Positions 11,270-21,695 of a stretch of DNA of 64,000 nucleotides are shown piece after piece; the stretch's first letter is position 1, and each line of letters starts with the position of its first letter. The notes beneath the pieces were generated by a model. The model was not told the origin of the DNA and searched no databases. It was given only the letters and a program-made list of their open reading frames with translations. The stretch spans positions 372,001-436,000 of the forward strand of contig CP060765.1 of NCBI GenBank assembly GCA_023205875.1, in the 5' to 3' direction. Both the position numbers and the translations under genes were made by a program. This stretch comes from Chloropicon primus. Lineage: Eukaryota.

Positions 11270-11773
11270 ATGACGATCCACCCGAATAATCTTTTCCAGA
11301 CGCCCGAGAGGGTGAGCGCAGTGTTCGGGGACGGGGAGGCGGGTGCTCCGGGCGCATCGACTTCTTCGTGCTGCAAGGCGGAAAGGAAGAGGCGGTTGGA
11401 TTTCGAGGCCGGAGAGGGGAAGCCTTGCGAGTGCAGGACTTGCGCGATATGCTTGAGTCCCTTGAAGAAGAAGGACGGGTCCGAGCACAAGGGGGAGACC
11501 TTCGTGACGCCCTGCGACCACGAGTTCCACTTGAAGTGCCTGCAGAGCTGCAGGGAGTTCAAGAGCAGCACCTGCCCCCTGTGCCGCGCGAAGCTTCCGC
11601 CAGGCCTGACGCCCGTCGGCGCGAGGGAGAGGTGGGAAGAGCGGTCCAGGGAGGAGGAGCTGGCGCACCACTTCAACCTCAACGCGGAGTATAACGCGAA
11701 CTACATCGCCATGAGGGCTGCGAGAATAAGACTCGCGGTGGCCCAGAGGTACGTTCAGACGGCAGCCAGCTGA
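11270..11773 (+). CDS. RING-H2 zinc-finger protein (putative E3 ligase)
   Basis: CAIC...PCDHEFHLKC...CPLCR ligand pattern. Confidence 0.88.
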   Translation: MTIHPNNLFQTPERVSAVFGDGEAGAPGASTSSCCKAERKRRLDFEAGEGKPCECRTCAICLSPLKKKDGSEHKGETFVTPCDHEFHLKCLQSCREFKSSTCPLCRAKLPPGLTPVGARERWEERSREEELAHHFNLNAEYNANYIAMRAARIRLAVAQRYVQTAAS

Positions 11774-11948
11774 TTTCGCGCCCCTCGAGGCGTTCCAAGA
11801 ATCAAAAGACCATTTATACAATACACAATATTATCAAGCTGAATGATATTCATCAGCTGTGTGTGTGCGTGTTTATTACTATACAACCTGCTCTTTTTGC
11901 CCGAGCCAACGCACCTCCTCGAGCTTCTTCTTCCCGGTGGTGGCGGCC

Positions 11949-13100
11949 TCACCTGGACGCCCTCGAGGACGTGAGCGGCCTGCTGGAGGCCCGCCCCTCG
12001 AACCTTCCGTCGTAATACGTGGCCTTGAACTCGGCTTCCTTTTGTATAATGTCGATCACCTTCTTGTCGACGTTGTTCAAGATATCCCCCCTCGAAATGA
12101 AATAGAGCTTCACCTCGGACATGGCTTCCACGATCCAGTCCCTCCGGATCTCTGGAAAGATGCACCCCTCCCCGAAAAAGTTGCCAGGACCAAGCCTGCT
12201 GATCGTTCTCGCGTTGTAGAACCCGACTTCCGCGTCCTTTTTCTTCTTTTGCTTGTCCACGTCGTCGTAGGCCCCAGGCTTGTCGATGTTGGTTTCCACC
12301 ACCACACCCGTGTGCTCCTGCTGGTCGGTGGCCTCCTCCTCCTCCCCCAAAAGACAGAGCCTGCACTCCCCCTCGACGATGAAGTACAACCGATTGTCCT
12401 TCTCCGTGTCGAACAGCGCGCCCGTCTGAAAGATCGCCACGCTCGTGAAGGTGGCAAGCTGCTGGACGAGCCTCGTGGGGAGGGCCGCGAACGTCCACAG
12501 CCTCCTCAAGAACAGAGCCCTCTCGTTCAAGGAGGCGCCGTAAAGCCCTACCAGAATCCTCGTGAAGTCCTCCTTGTGGATGCTGAGAACTTCCGTCTTG
12601 CTCGAAGGGACGACGATGGACGCCGTCCTTGGAGCGTTTTTTATGAGCGCGAGCTCCCCGAAAGAATCACCCCTGTGCAGCCAAGCCACTGTGTTGTGGC
12701 CCGGTTGCCGAGGATCGCTCGAGGCGCTCGAGTCCGTGCATATCCGCACCTCCACCCTGCCCTGCACGATGACATAAAACTTGTCTCCGTGGTCGCCCTG
12801 CTTGAACACAATGTCGTTCTTGCTGAAGCGCTCCAGTTGGATGACTCTGCAGAGCTCAAACTGCAGCTGCGTTGGCATCGTTCGGAAGAAATGGCACAAG
12901 GCGCAGGTCACCTCCACGAGCTTGGTCACGGTGCCCTCGCTCCTCTTGGCCGGGTCCTTGCACAGCCTGTGCAGTCGCTTCATCTGCAGAACCCTCATCT
13001 CCTCCGTCAGAGCCTTACCATTGTGGTCGAACTTCTCGGGGCTACCCGCTGCCCTAGGGCTCCCTCCACCCCCCACCTTCGCCCTCGAGTTCCTCAACAT
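11949..13100 (-). CDS. Protein with two cyclic-nucleotide-binding domains
   Basis: IVFKQGDHGDKFYVIVQGRVEV, GDSFGELALIKNAPRTASI; second domain LYFIVEGEC..GPGNFFGE; first in-frame ATG at 13100, upstream exon possible. Confidence 0.85.
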   Translation of the reverse strand: MLRNSRAKVGGGGSPRAAGSPEKFDHNGKALTEEMRVLQMKRLHRLCKDPAKRSEGTVTKLVEVTCALCHFFRTMPTQLQFELCRVIQLERFSKNDIVFKQGDHGDKFYVIVQGRVEVRICTDSSASSDPRQPGHNTVAWLHRGDSFGELALIKNAPRTASIVVPSSKTEVLSIHKEDFTRILVGLYGASLNERALFLRRLWTFAALPTRLVQQLATFTSVAIFQTGALFDTEKDNRLYFIVEGECRLCLLGEEEEATDQQEHTGVVVETNIDKPGAYDDVDKQKKKKDAEVGFYNARTISRLGPGNFFGEGCIFPEIRRDWIVEAMSEVKLYFISRGDILNNVDKKVIDIIQKEAEFKATYYDGRFEGRASSRPLTSSRASR

Positions 13101-13343
13101 CTCGCCTCCAGGCAATGCTGCCGTGTGAGAGACCTTTCACTCCCCTCCCTCGCGCAGCTTCAGCCCCTTCGCTGGGATTCTTGCCAAGGCTGCGCCGTAA
13201 GATGGAGAGACCCAACGCAGCTGCAAGCGTGAGCCTTGCACCGTCCTGCGCAGAGACCGCTACCGCTGTGCAAGGAGTCTACGTTCGTCCTGTCCACCAG
13301 GAGTAGTCCCAGCAGCGCCAGGAGAATGGAGACACGACAACAG

Positions 13344-13624
13344 CCACACCGAGTCAAGTGCGCAGAGAACCAGGAGACCCTGGTGAAGGCCGTACCAGTG
13401 GTGGACACGAACCCCTCTCTAACCACCCTTGGACCTGACCTCTTCCCCTTCCAAGGCACCACCTTTGCTTGGTTGCTTGCCCTTTGGCTGTGACTCCAAA
13501 GGCCCAAGCAAGTGGTATGAAGTCAAAGTACTTGTGTGTCCCGCACCGAGTGAAGTGTGCAGAGAACCAGGAGACCCTGGTAAAGGCCGCACCGGTGGTG
13601 GACACAAACCCCTCTCTAACCACC
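13344..13624. repeat. Imperfect 84-bp direct repeat (13344-13427 and 13541-13624)
   Basis: Two ungapped copies 197 bp apart with 7 mismatches. Confidence 0.92.
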
Positions 13625-14022
13625 GCCGGGTGATGGAGTTGCGATGGATGGATGACACCCTCCCTTGGACAACCTTCCACCTTTGACTGAAGGAAAAAGT
13701 TTTTTCGATGTAAGGATAGTTTTTTAGGTGTACATATTTTCCGTTTCAATTTTTTTTTTTTGGAGGTTTTGAGGCGGGCGGGCGTTTCAATCGGGCTGAG
13801 CGAGGGAAGTGCGAGGGAAGGTGAGTTTGGGGACGAGGTGGAAGGCGAGGGAGGGAGAAGGAGGGAAGGGAGAGGGCATAGATGGAATCTTCATCTCTTT
13901 CTCTTTCGATGGACCCCTCACTTTGAGAATTTAGCCCTGGATTGGGAACGCTGAGCACGTTTTTGTTGTTTGTTGTTTGTTTGTTGGCCTCGTCGTCGCA
14001 GGAGAAGAGAGAAAGAGCAGAG

Positions 14023-14943
14023 ATGGCGAGCACGGAGGTCGCGAACGTTCCGGACGATAAGGTGAGCATCGTGAAAGAGGTTTTCCTTCCATAATACGTG
14101 CGTTGGGTTCCTTCAAGTTTGCGTCTCCGCGAAAACTTCATGCCGTTGCATGAAAACACTCGCGCCTTGTTGCTTGTGCTCGCTCGGGTTCGGCGTTCTG
14201 ATTCGGTTCTTCTTTGTTCCCCCGTCTCCTCTCTTCGTTCCATCCCTCTCTCTCTCACGCTTGTCTCCTCCGCGGTGACACGCAGAACGCCGCCGCGGCT
14301 GCACCAGTGTCCCTCGGTAAGGGAGCATGGGACTGCGACAACAACTGTGAGATCCCACCGGACAAGGAGGCCGAAGTCTTCGAGGAGATCGCCACGATGG
14401 ATTTTCCCTACGAGGGAATCCCCACCATCCCGCCGAGGAAGAACATGACACACATGGCGTTCTTCTGCAACGGATGCCGCTACCGAGTGGAGGCTTACCC
14501 CGATTGGACCGGCAAACAGGTAAGACCCCTTGGTCCCGCCCGAGAGTCGCACACCCCCTGACGCTGATGCTGATGCTCGATACTCTGTCTCTCGTTTCAT
14601 TCGTTCTTCCGGCAAAGGTTGCTGAGGCGTTGTGGAGGGGAGGCATCGAGAGGGCCAACAACCCGAACGGAAACACTCCTGGGATGAAAGGCGCGGGCGA
14701 CGTCGCACTCATCTACGCGGGCCAAGTCATGGACCACGGGAAGAAGTTGCAAGACTACAACGTGCCACCGGTAAGTTTAAAGAATCGCGCAGCACGCGTC
14801 GTCGCCGCCCCACCCCGCGTTCTGACGCCGCTCCTTCTTCGCTCGCTCCACGGATGCAGGGTTGCAAAGTCATGATTGCCATTGAGAAAGCCAAGCTGAA
14901 GCCGGGCGCGAAGCCTGACCCAGATTCGGCGTACTGGAACTGA
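14023..14943 (+). CDS. Small protein with ubiquitin-like C-terminal domain; exons 14023-14061, 14286-14519, 14618-14770, 14860-14943
   Basis: Four phase-0 exons joined by GT..AG introns; LIYAGQVMDHGKKLQDYNVPPG is a ubiquitin-fold signature. Confidence 0.8.
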
Positions 14944-15093
14944 GGAGGGTGACGAACAGCGAGAACAAGAGTTCCTTGTAAATTGCTTTTTACATTGCTT
15001 ATTCGCCCCCAACAAAAACTTGAGAGAGAAACCGACCCCCCCCCTTGGCCCCTTGGCACCACTGCTCGTGTTTCGCTTTGAGGACCAAGGCTG

Positions 15094-15627
15094 TCACTCC
15101 GAACCGAGCCTGTGCCCCTTTCCCGTGAAGAGCCTCTTGTTCGAGGAGGAGGACTTGTTCGCTGCCCGGCTTGGCGTCCTGGATCCACCGCGCACGGCAG
15201 AGGACCCGTCGCGGTGTTTTGCTGTCTGGCTGTTGGGTTGCACGGACAGGAGCCACACGAGCAGGGCCACGAATATTCCTCGCCACCCCAGGAAGAAGAA
15301 CGAGCCAACGACCAAGAGCACGTGGATTGCCTGGAACCTCGTTCCCAGGAATTCCACGTCAGGCAAACCCATAAACGTCCCGCCCCTGTGCACCACCTTG
15401 AACCCCGAAGACCCCGAGGATGACTCCCTCCCCTTCCAGCCTCCTCCACTCCCGCTCCCTCCGCTCGCGCTGGCCCCCGACGCGCCCCTCCTCCTGTGCG
15501 TCACAGCCGGTGGCGAGGGAAGCGGTGCGTTGGGTAACGTCGTCGACGCCGAAGCCGACTGCCTCATCCCCTGCGCTCTCGGGTCATCATCCGGCACGAT
15601 CTCTCCGTTCTCCAGTATCCTCACCAT
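15094..15627 (-). CDS. FAM241 (DUF4605)-like small membrane protein
   Basis: N-terminus MVRILENGEIVPDDDPR resembles FAM241B; hydrophobic segment FLGWRGIFVALLVWLL. Confidence 0.75.
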   Translation of the reverse strand: MVRILENGEIVPDDDPRAQGMRQSASASTTLPNAPLPSPPAVTHRRRGASGASASGGSGSGGGWKGRESSSGSSGFKVVHRGGTFMGLPDVEFLGTRFQAIHVLLVVGSFFFLGWRGIFVALLVWLLSVQPNSQTAKHRDGSSAVRGGSRTPSRAANKSSSSNKRLFTGKGHRLGSE

Positions 15628-16018
15628 CTCTTCCCTTCCGCCTCAGGCCGCCGTTCCTTTCGACCGACCACTTGTTCGAAAGATCGCGACGAGACGCTTC
15701 TTGTGGTCGTCGCCCTTTCCTCTCCTCCTCCTCGCGTCCCTTCCGATTCCCTCACACACACACACACACACACACACACTCGCTCTCGCTCTCGCTCTCT
15801 CTTGCTCAGCAACAGTTTCAGGTTTTCTCGGCGGCGCAGGACGAGGACTCAAGTGTTTTGGAGAGAAAGTTTCGGACCGAGGGGGTTGTTATAGGAAGGG
15901 GGAGGGTGTTGACGTGAAGCGTGGTCGAATTATCTTTCGATTGATTACTCGGACGCCGTTTTTGGCGCCTGGAAAGGGATTCTTTTGAAGGTTTAGAGGG
16001 TTGCAGGATTGAGAAGGG

Positions 16019-16262
16019 ATGGCGAGAAGCAGGAAGAGTGTGAGGAGGCGAACGAGCGTCAAGGTGACGCGAGGAAAGAAGCGCAAGGTGAAGCAGACCA
16101 AAGCATTGGCGGCAACTGTCCCAAAGGAAGTCCAAGAGAAGTTGGACTTGCCCCTCTCTGCGGGTGCTGGAGGGGTGTCCAAGACTCAGGTACGGTGAAG
16201 GGTGGCCAAGTCTGCTGCACGAATACTTCATAGCAGCTCTGCTTCTGTGCATCTGTTTGCCT

Positions 16263-16301
<39 letters not shown>

Positions 16302-16783
16302 TGATCCTGACTCTCCGTGAATCACCTCTCTCTGTCTCTTTCACACACACGCTATCCTCTCAGTGGAACACGAAGAGGACCTTGAAGAAGAACTATGAGG
16401 ACAACAAGGTTGCGGTGAACGTGAACGCCAGCATTGGGATGGACGTGGACGAGGAGGAGAGGACCGAGAAGCCTAAGAAGGCCACCAAGGTGGATATGGT
16501 GCCCGTCTCAGTGGTCGACGAGATCAACGCGACGCTTGGAAAGCAGAGGTCCACGGGACGGCGTCCGCCGAAGAAGTTGACCACTGTGCAGATCAGGGTT
16601 ATCGGGAGGCTCATCGAGAAGCACGGAGAGAAGAACGTTGACGCGATGGCCAAGGACATAAAGCTGAACAAGATGCAGCACTCCGCCGGCGTCCTGAAGA
16701 AGATGCTGGAGAGCTACTTTGCTTACCCCCAGCTGATTAACGGCGAGGGCCGGAGAGATTTCCACTCTGTGCAAAAGCAGTGA
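16019..16783 (+). CDS. NOP16: Ribosome biogenesis protein Nop16; exons 16019-16189 and 16364-16783
   Basis: Basic N-terminus; WNTKRTLKKNY; LIEKHGEKNVDAMAKDIKLNKMQHSAGVL. Confidence 0.85.
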
Positions 16784-16888
16784 TTCGGTTTTCACATCGA
16801 ATAGGTATAACAAGGCAATACTGTGATGTAAATATATCCCTATCCCTCTTTCGCCCTCTCCATGTCTCCGCCTGTCTTGAAGCGGTCC

Positions 16889-17806
16889 TTATTCAAAAAC
16901 TCTGAGGGACCCGATGCCGGGACACCCATTGTCCCTCATCCAATGCAGCAACTCAACGTTGTTCTTTGCAGCGGCGCAGGTCATCCAGTTCCAAGGACAA
17001 GGCGGATCTTCACTCCTCAGCCATTTAAGCACATCTAGGTGACCCCCTTGAGCCGCGCACGTGCAGGTCTTTTCGTTCCAAGGGCAAGGCTCGGCCTGCT
17101 CTGAGCCCCTCGCCCACTGGAGGACGTGCAAGTGGCCGCCACCAGCCGCGCACGCGCAAGTGTCCTCGGACCAAGGGCAGCCCTGCTCCCTCAGCCACTG
17201 CAAGCAATGAAGTTGGCCCTTGTAAGCGGCTGCCGCACAGGTCTGCTCGTCCCAGGGGCACCCCTCGCTCCGAAGCCACTGGAGAATCTCGATGTGCCCT
17301 CCTTGTGCTGCGTTCGCACAAGTCCACTCGTTGAAGAAGATCCCGTTTCTCTTGGAAAGTTTTTGCTGCCTCCAGAACTTGATCACGTTCAAGTAACCCC
17401 TCTTCGCCGCCGCGTCTATCATGATCGTCCTGTAGAACTCGCTCTTCGGGCTCCTCCTCGAGTGCCACATGCACCACTCCTCGCTCAACGGCATCTCCAC
17501 CGAGTAAAGGTCTCTCGCTTTCGTCTCCAGCTTCCTCCCGCTCTCCTGCTGCAAGAGCTTGAAGTGCTTGCAGGTGACAGCGAAGCCATACATGTGACTG
17601 TCGTCGAGGTGCCCTACTATCTTGAGCCACAATTCGTCTGGAAGCTTCAGCCACAAGCTCTTGCCTTGTTCTTCGCTACCAACGCTTTCGCTTCTGCTCA
17701 GGCAACTGAAGCTCACGCTACGCCTGCTGCTGGTCTGAGGCATGATGCAGCAGGACCACCACTTGGGTGCGTTGTCGGGACCCTCGCCTCTCATCCCGTC
17801 CTCCAT
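16889..17806 (-). CDS. F-box-like + ankyrin-repeat protein
   Basis: LWLKLPDELWLKIVGHL followed by TCAxAAxGGHLxxLQWLRxxGCPW repeats. Confidence 0.87.
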   Translation of the reverse strand: MEDGMRGEGPDNAPKWWSCCIMPQTSSRRSVSFSCLSRSESVGSEEQGKSLWLKLPDELWLKIVGHLDDSHMYGFAVTCKHFKLLQQESGRKLETKARDLYSVEMPLSEEWCMWHSRRSPKSEFYRTIMIDAAAKRGYLNVIKFWRQQKLSKRNGIFFNEWTCANAAQGGHIEILQWLRSEGCPWDEQTCAAAAYKGQLHCLQWLREQGCPWSEDTCACAAGGGHLHVLQWARGSEQAEPCPWNEKTCTCAAQGGHLDVLKWLRSEDPPCPWNWMTCAAAKNNVELLHWMRDNGCPGIGSLRVFE

Positions 17807-18434
17807 CCTCTCGCCCCACCCCAACACGAGCGAGAACTAAAACTCCAACTCCAACAACCCAGAAGCCAGGGGAGATGGATGCAACTACACCTCGACCACT
17901 CCGTGGGTCAAACGCTTCAACCGGGGTAACCACGGTGTCCTCTATCGTCACGCGGAACCTACCAACCTCTCTCTCTCCCTCCCTCTCTCTCTCTGTCTCC
18001 TCACGGAGTACAAGGCTGACCTAACCTAGCCCTCGCCTCGCCTCGCAACACACAGCGCGCGAGCGAGTGGGTCAAATCAAGCAACCAAGCACTCCACCGA
18101 AAGCCCTCGAGACGCTCCTTCGTTCTACGTGGCCCTCCGCTCCTCCCGCCCTCGCCCTCGTTCCCAAAAGTCCTCGCGAAAACACTCGTAACGGCTGCTG
18201 CTTCGAGTTTTGAGCGCCCCACGATCAACCTCCATCAGAACAAACGGCGAGGCAGGTGAGTTGAGTGAAGTGACCGACGACGACTCTCGGCGGCGAGGAC
18301 GAGAAGTGGAGGCGAGGGAAGGGAAGGGAGGAATGATCACGACCACGATCGTTATGCTTTGCTCTTTCGAACGAGCCTCCACTCGAGAGGAATGACGAAG
18401 GAGAAGTTTCTGAACGAGATCGTTGTCTCTCTCT

Positions 18435-18469
<35 letters not shown>

Positions 18470-18518
18470 TTGCCGTGAGATCAGGCAGCGAGGGAGCGAG
18501 AGGTTGGAAGGGAGTGAG

Positions 18519-20090
18519 ATGGTTGGGTCGAAGGGTTCGAATGGCCCAGTGAAAACGGCCAAGGTGAACATACCTTCAAAGTCTGGCGACTACGACGAGT
18601 GGTACCGGTACATGGTCCAGACTGCGGGACTCATGGATAATCGATATCCCATCAGAGGGATGGACGTTTGGTTGCCTTATGGGATGAAAGCTCGAAGCTT
18701 GCTGGATGGTTTGATCCGGGGGGAGATGGAGAGGACGGACCACGACGAAGTGAGCTTGCCGACGCTTGTTCCAGACTACCTCCTGGACAAGGAGAGCAAG
18801 CTCGTGTCGCGGCTCAAGCACGCTCGGGAGCTGGGCGTGGACGGCTCGGAGCTGAGGCTGGACGAGGAGGAGAAGGGCGGTGGCTTCTCGAGGGAGGTGT
18901 ACTGGGTGCGCCACGCCGGAGAGACCAAGCTCGACCTCCCGCTGTTTCTCAGGCCAACGAGCGAGACGGCAATGTACACCATGTTCAAGCACTGGATCAG
19001 GTCCCACGTGGACTTGCCCCTCAAGGTATTTCAGATCGTGAATTCTTTCCGGTACGAGAAAAAGCAGACGAGAGCCTTGCTCAGAGTGAGAGAGATCCAC
19101 TTCTTCGAGAGCCACACCGCGCACGAGAGCGAGCAGGGGGCCACAACGGAGATAGAGAGGTATCTGGAGACCATGTCTCGCTTGTTCTCCGCCTTGAAGC
19201 TCCCCTACCTGTGCACCAAGCGCCCCGCGTGGGACACGTTCCCGGGAGCGTGGTACACGATCGCTGGCGACGTGGTGATGCCGGACGGCAAGACCCTGCA
19301 GGCGGCCTCGTGCCACCACTACCTTGATCAGTGGAGCCGCGAATTCGAGATCAAGTTTCTGGATGACGAGGGGACCCAGAAGTTCGTCCACCAGACGACG
19401 TTTGGGATGTCGGAGAGGCTGTTGGGCGCGGTGGTTGCCTGCCACGGGGATGACCGTGGTCTCCTGCTTCCGCCCTGCGTCGCACCGATTCAGGTCGTGG
19501 TGATTCCTATCGCCAACGGCGAGCGCCAGGCGGCGGTGAAGGAGAAGGTGCACCGCGAAGCCAGGAGGGTGGGCCAAGAGTTGAAGGGGGCTGGCATCAG
19601 ATGCCGGGTGGACGACAGGAATGTAAATCCAGGACACAAGTTCTTTGATTGGGAGATCAAGGGGGTTCCCCTGAGGATAGAGATCGGGGCAAAGGAACTC
19701 GCCAACGGGTCGGTGACGTCTTGGCGGAGAGGCACGGAGAAGCAGGCGAAGCAGACCTTCAAGGTAAATAACTTGGTCGAGGCGGTGAACCTGGAACTGA
19801 AGGAGGTGTCCGACGAGATGGGGAGGGCAAGCGCGAAACGCTTGGAGGAGTCCATCAAGCCACTTCCATCGTTCCGGGTTGAGGGCGAGGGGCTGGTTTT
19901 CGAGCAACCGATCGAGAAGGCCGTGTACGAGACGCCGTTTGATGGAAACGAGAAGATGGCAGAGATGCTCGAGAGAGGGGCGGGGCTGAAATTCTTGGGC
20001 TACTCCATGGAAAGCTACGAGCAAGAAAGGGCCTGCCCCTTCACGGGAAGCCTCACGTGCAACAGAGTCATCTTGGCGAAGACTTACTAG
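18519..20090 (+). CDS. proS: Prolyl-tRNA synthetase, archaeal-type
   Basis: RYPIRGMDVWLPYG, LRPTSETAMY, FRYE..RVREIHFFESHTAH, HQTTFGMSERLLGA, APIQVVVIP, WEIKGVPLRIEIG, terminal LAKTY. Confidence 0.93.
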   Translation: MVGSKGSNGPVKTAKVNIPSKSGDYDEWYRYMVQTAGLMDNRYPIRGMDVWLPYGMKARSLLDGLIRGEMERTDHDEVSLPTLVPDYLLDKESKLVSRLKHARELGVDGSELRLDEEEKGGGFSREVYWVRHAGETKLDLPLFLRPTSETAMYTMFKHWIRSHVDLPLKVFQIVNSFRYEKKQTRALLRVREIHFFESHTAHESEQGATTEIERYLETMSRLFSALKLPYLCTKRPAWDTFPGAWYTIAGDVVMPDGKTLQAASCHHYLDQWSREFEIKFLDDEGTQKFVHQTTFGMSERLLGAVVACHGDDRGLLLPPCVAPIQVVVIPIANGERQAAVKEKVHREARRVGQELKGAGIRCRVDDRNVNPGHKFFDWEIKGVPLRIEIGAKELANGSVTSWRRGTEKQAKQTFKVNNLVEAVNLELKEVSDEMGRASAKRLEESIKPLPSFRVEGEGLVFEQPIEKAVYETPFDGNEKMAEMLERGAGLKFLGYSMESYEQERACPFTGSLTCNRVILAKTY

Positions 20091-20172
20091 GGTTCGTGGT
20101 CGGGCTTGGGTGTATTTTAATGTGTGTATATGTAAACCTTGAACACGAATCAAACAATGTGCCCTTTACTTC

Positions 20173-21356
20173 TCAAATTGTGAAGAGGACTAGAGACAGC
20201 CCCATGATGAGCATGCCCACGTAGAACAACTTGGTGGCGTACTTGTTCTCCTCGTCGTACTTGAGGGCCAGGGGGAGCAGCTCCTCGATCGAGATGTAAA
20301 CCTGCACGTTGATGCAAAACCAATAGAGAGAGAGAGAGAGAGGAAAGATGAATGTGTCAGGGATCGGTCACAGAGTCGCGGAAGGCTCTCGAGGCCGAGC
20401 CTCTCCGTTTCCATGTGGTGCTCACCATCATCCCCCCCACGATTCCAAAGATGATGGCATACGTCAGCGGGCTCATCCCCGTGTTCACAACGGCGAGGTA
20501 GCCCACCACTCCACCCAAGGGCTCCGTCAGGCCACTGAGAGTGCCCAGGAGGATGGCCTTCCACCTCGAATTCGTGGCCTTGTAGATTGGCATAGCCACC
20601 GCCATGCCCTCGGGAATGTTGTGTATCGCGATGGCGATGGCCATGGCCGCCCCAAGCTTCGTGTCCACGAGTGCAGCCATGAATGTCGCCAACCCTTCGG
20701 GAAAGTTGTGCAGCGCAATGGCGACGGCGGCGATCAAGCCCGACTTGACAAGTCGCACCCTTCCCACTTGCTTGCTCTCCTTCTCCTCCGAGCCGCCCTC
20801 CCCTCCCTCCGCCGGAGGACCGTCATCCTTCTCGAGGTCCAGCACCTCTGCCTTTGGCTCCTCCCCGTCTCTCGGGCGCCCCCTCTCAGCGTCCCTCTTG
20901 TCCATGAGGCCCTGAATCAGGTGCACGAGGTAGTTCAAGGCCATGGTGACGACTATCCCACCGAAGAAGCTGGCCATGGACACCTGGAAAGCCCTGGCAT
21001 CCGAGAGGTCGTCGTCCATCGACTGACCCTCCTTGAAGTACTTCTTGAAAGCCCCATAGCTCCTGCAAGTTGAGGGAGGCAGAGGAGAGTTAGGACAAAG
21101 GAGGGAAGAGGCCTCGTTCTCGCGCCACCCGCGGGACTTACTTTGACATGTAGATGTCCACGAAGGACACGAAGACCATGACTCCCGCGCTGAGGCTCAG
21201 GATCCCTCCCGTCACCGGCGGACTGATGTCCTTCTTCAACACCACAGCGACTGCGCCGATCCCCGTGCACGCTCCCGCAAGGATGTTCAGCCCAAACGCG
21301 AGCCCAACATTGTTCTCCGCCGTGAACCCATCGTTTCCGCCACCCGAGGCACTCAT
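20173..21356 (-). CDS. ZIP-family (ZupT/GufA-like) metal transporter; exons 21356-21142, 21062-20426, 20301-20173
   Basis: LSAGVMVFVSFVDI, IALHNFPEG, IAIHNIPEG, GLTEPLG, GMM|VYISIEELLP after splicing. Confidence 0.93.
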
Positions 21357-21695
21357 CCTTCCTCGCTGCAGAACGCTCGTGCCGTGCCGTGCCTGTCTCT
21401 CAAACTCCTTCACAACGCAGCGCTCCGGAGGCCAAACTTACCGAGCGAGGTACGTGTCGAAAACCCGAGACTTGTGCTTCCCTTTCGTCGCATTCACCGC
21501 TCCTCACTCTCTCTCGCCCGTCCTCAACCTCGTCGCCAAACTCGCCAGCAGCCTGAACTTTTTCGGATAACGTCCAATAACGCCGCTTGATTTGTCGACG
21601 CAACACGACGGGGAGAGGAAAGGTGCTTGTCGAGGACTTTGTGCGAGGACGGGGACGGTGGTGATGATGACAAGGGAGGGTTGCCCCCAGGTGTC

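Noticed and set aside
13629..13691. Possible C/D-box snoRNA (GTGATGG...CTGA)
   Set aside because: Imperfect C box, no terminal stem, and I could not identify an rRNA-complementary guide.
14941..14952. TGA-GGA-GGG-TGA after the UBL gene as a possible selenocysteine read-through
   Set aside because: No recognisable SECIS downstream and no redox-motif context.
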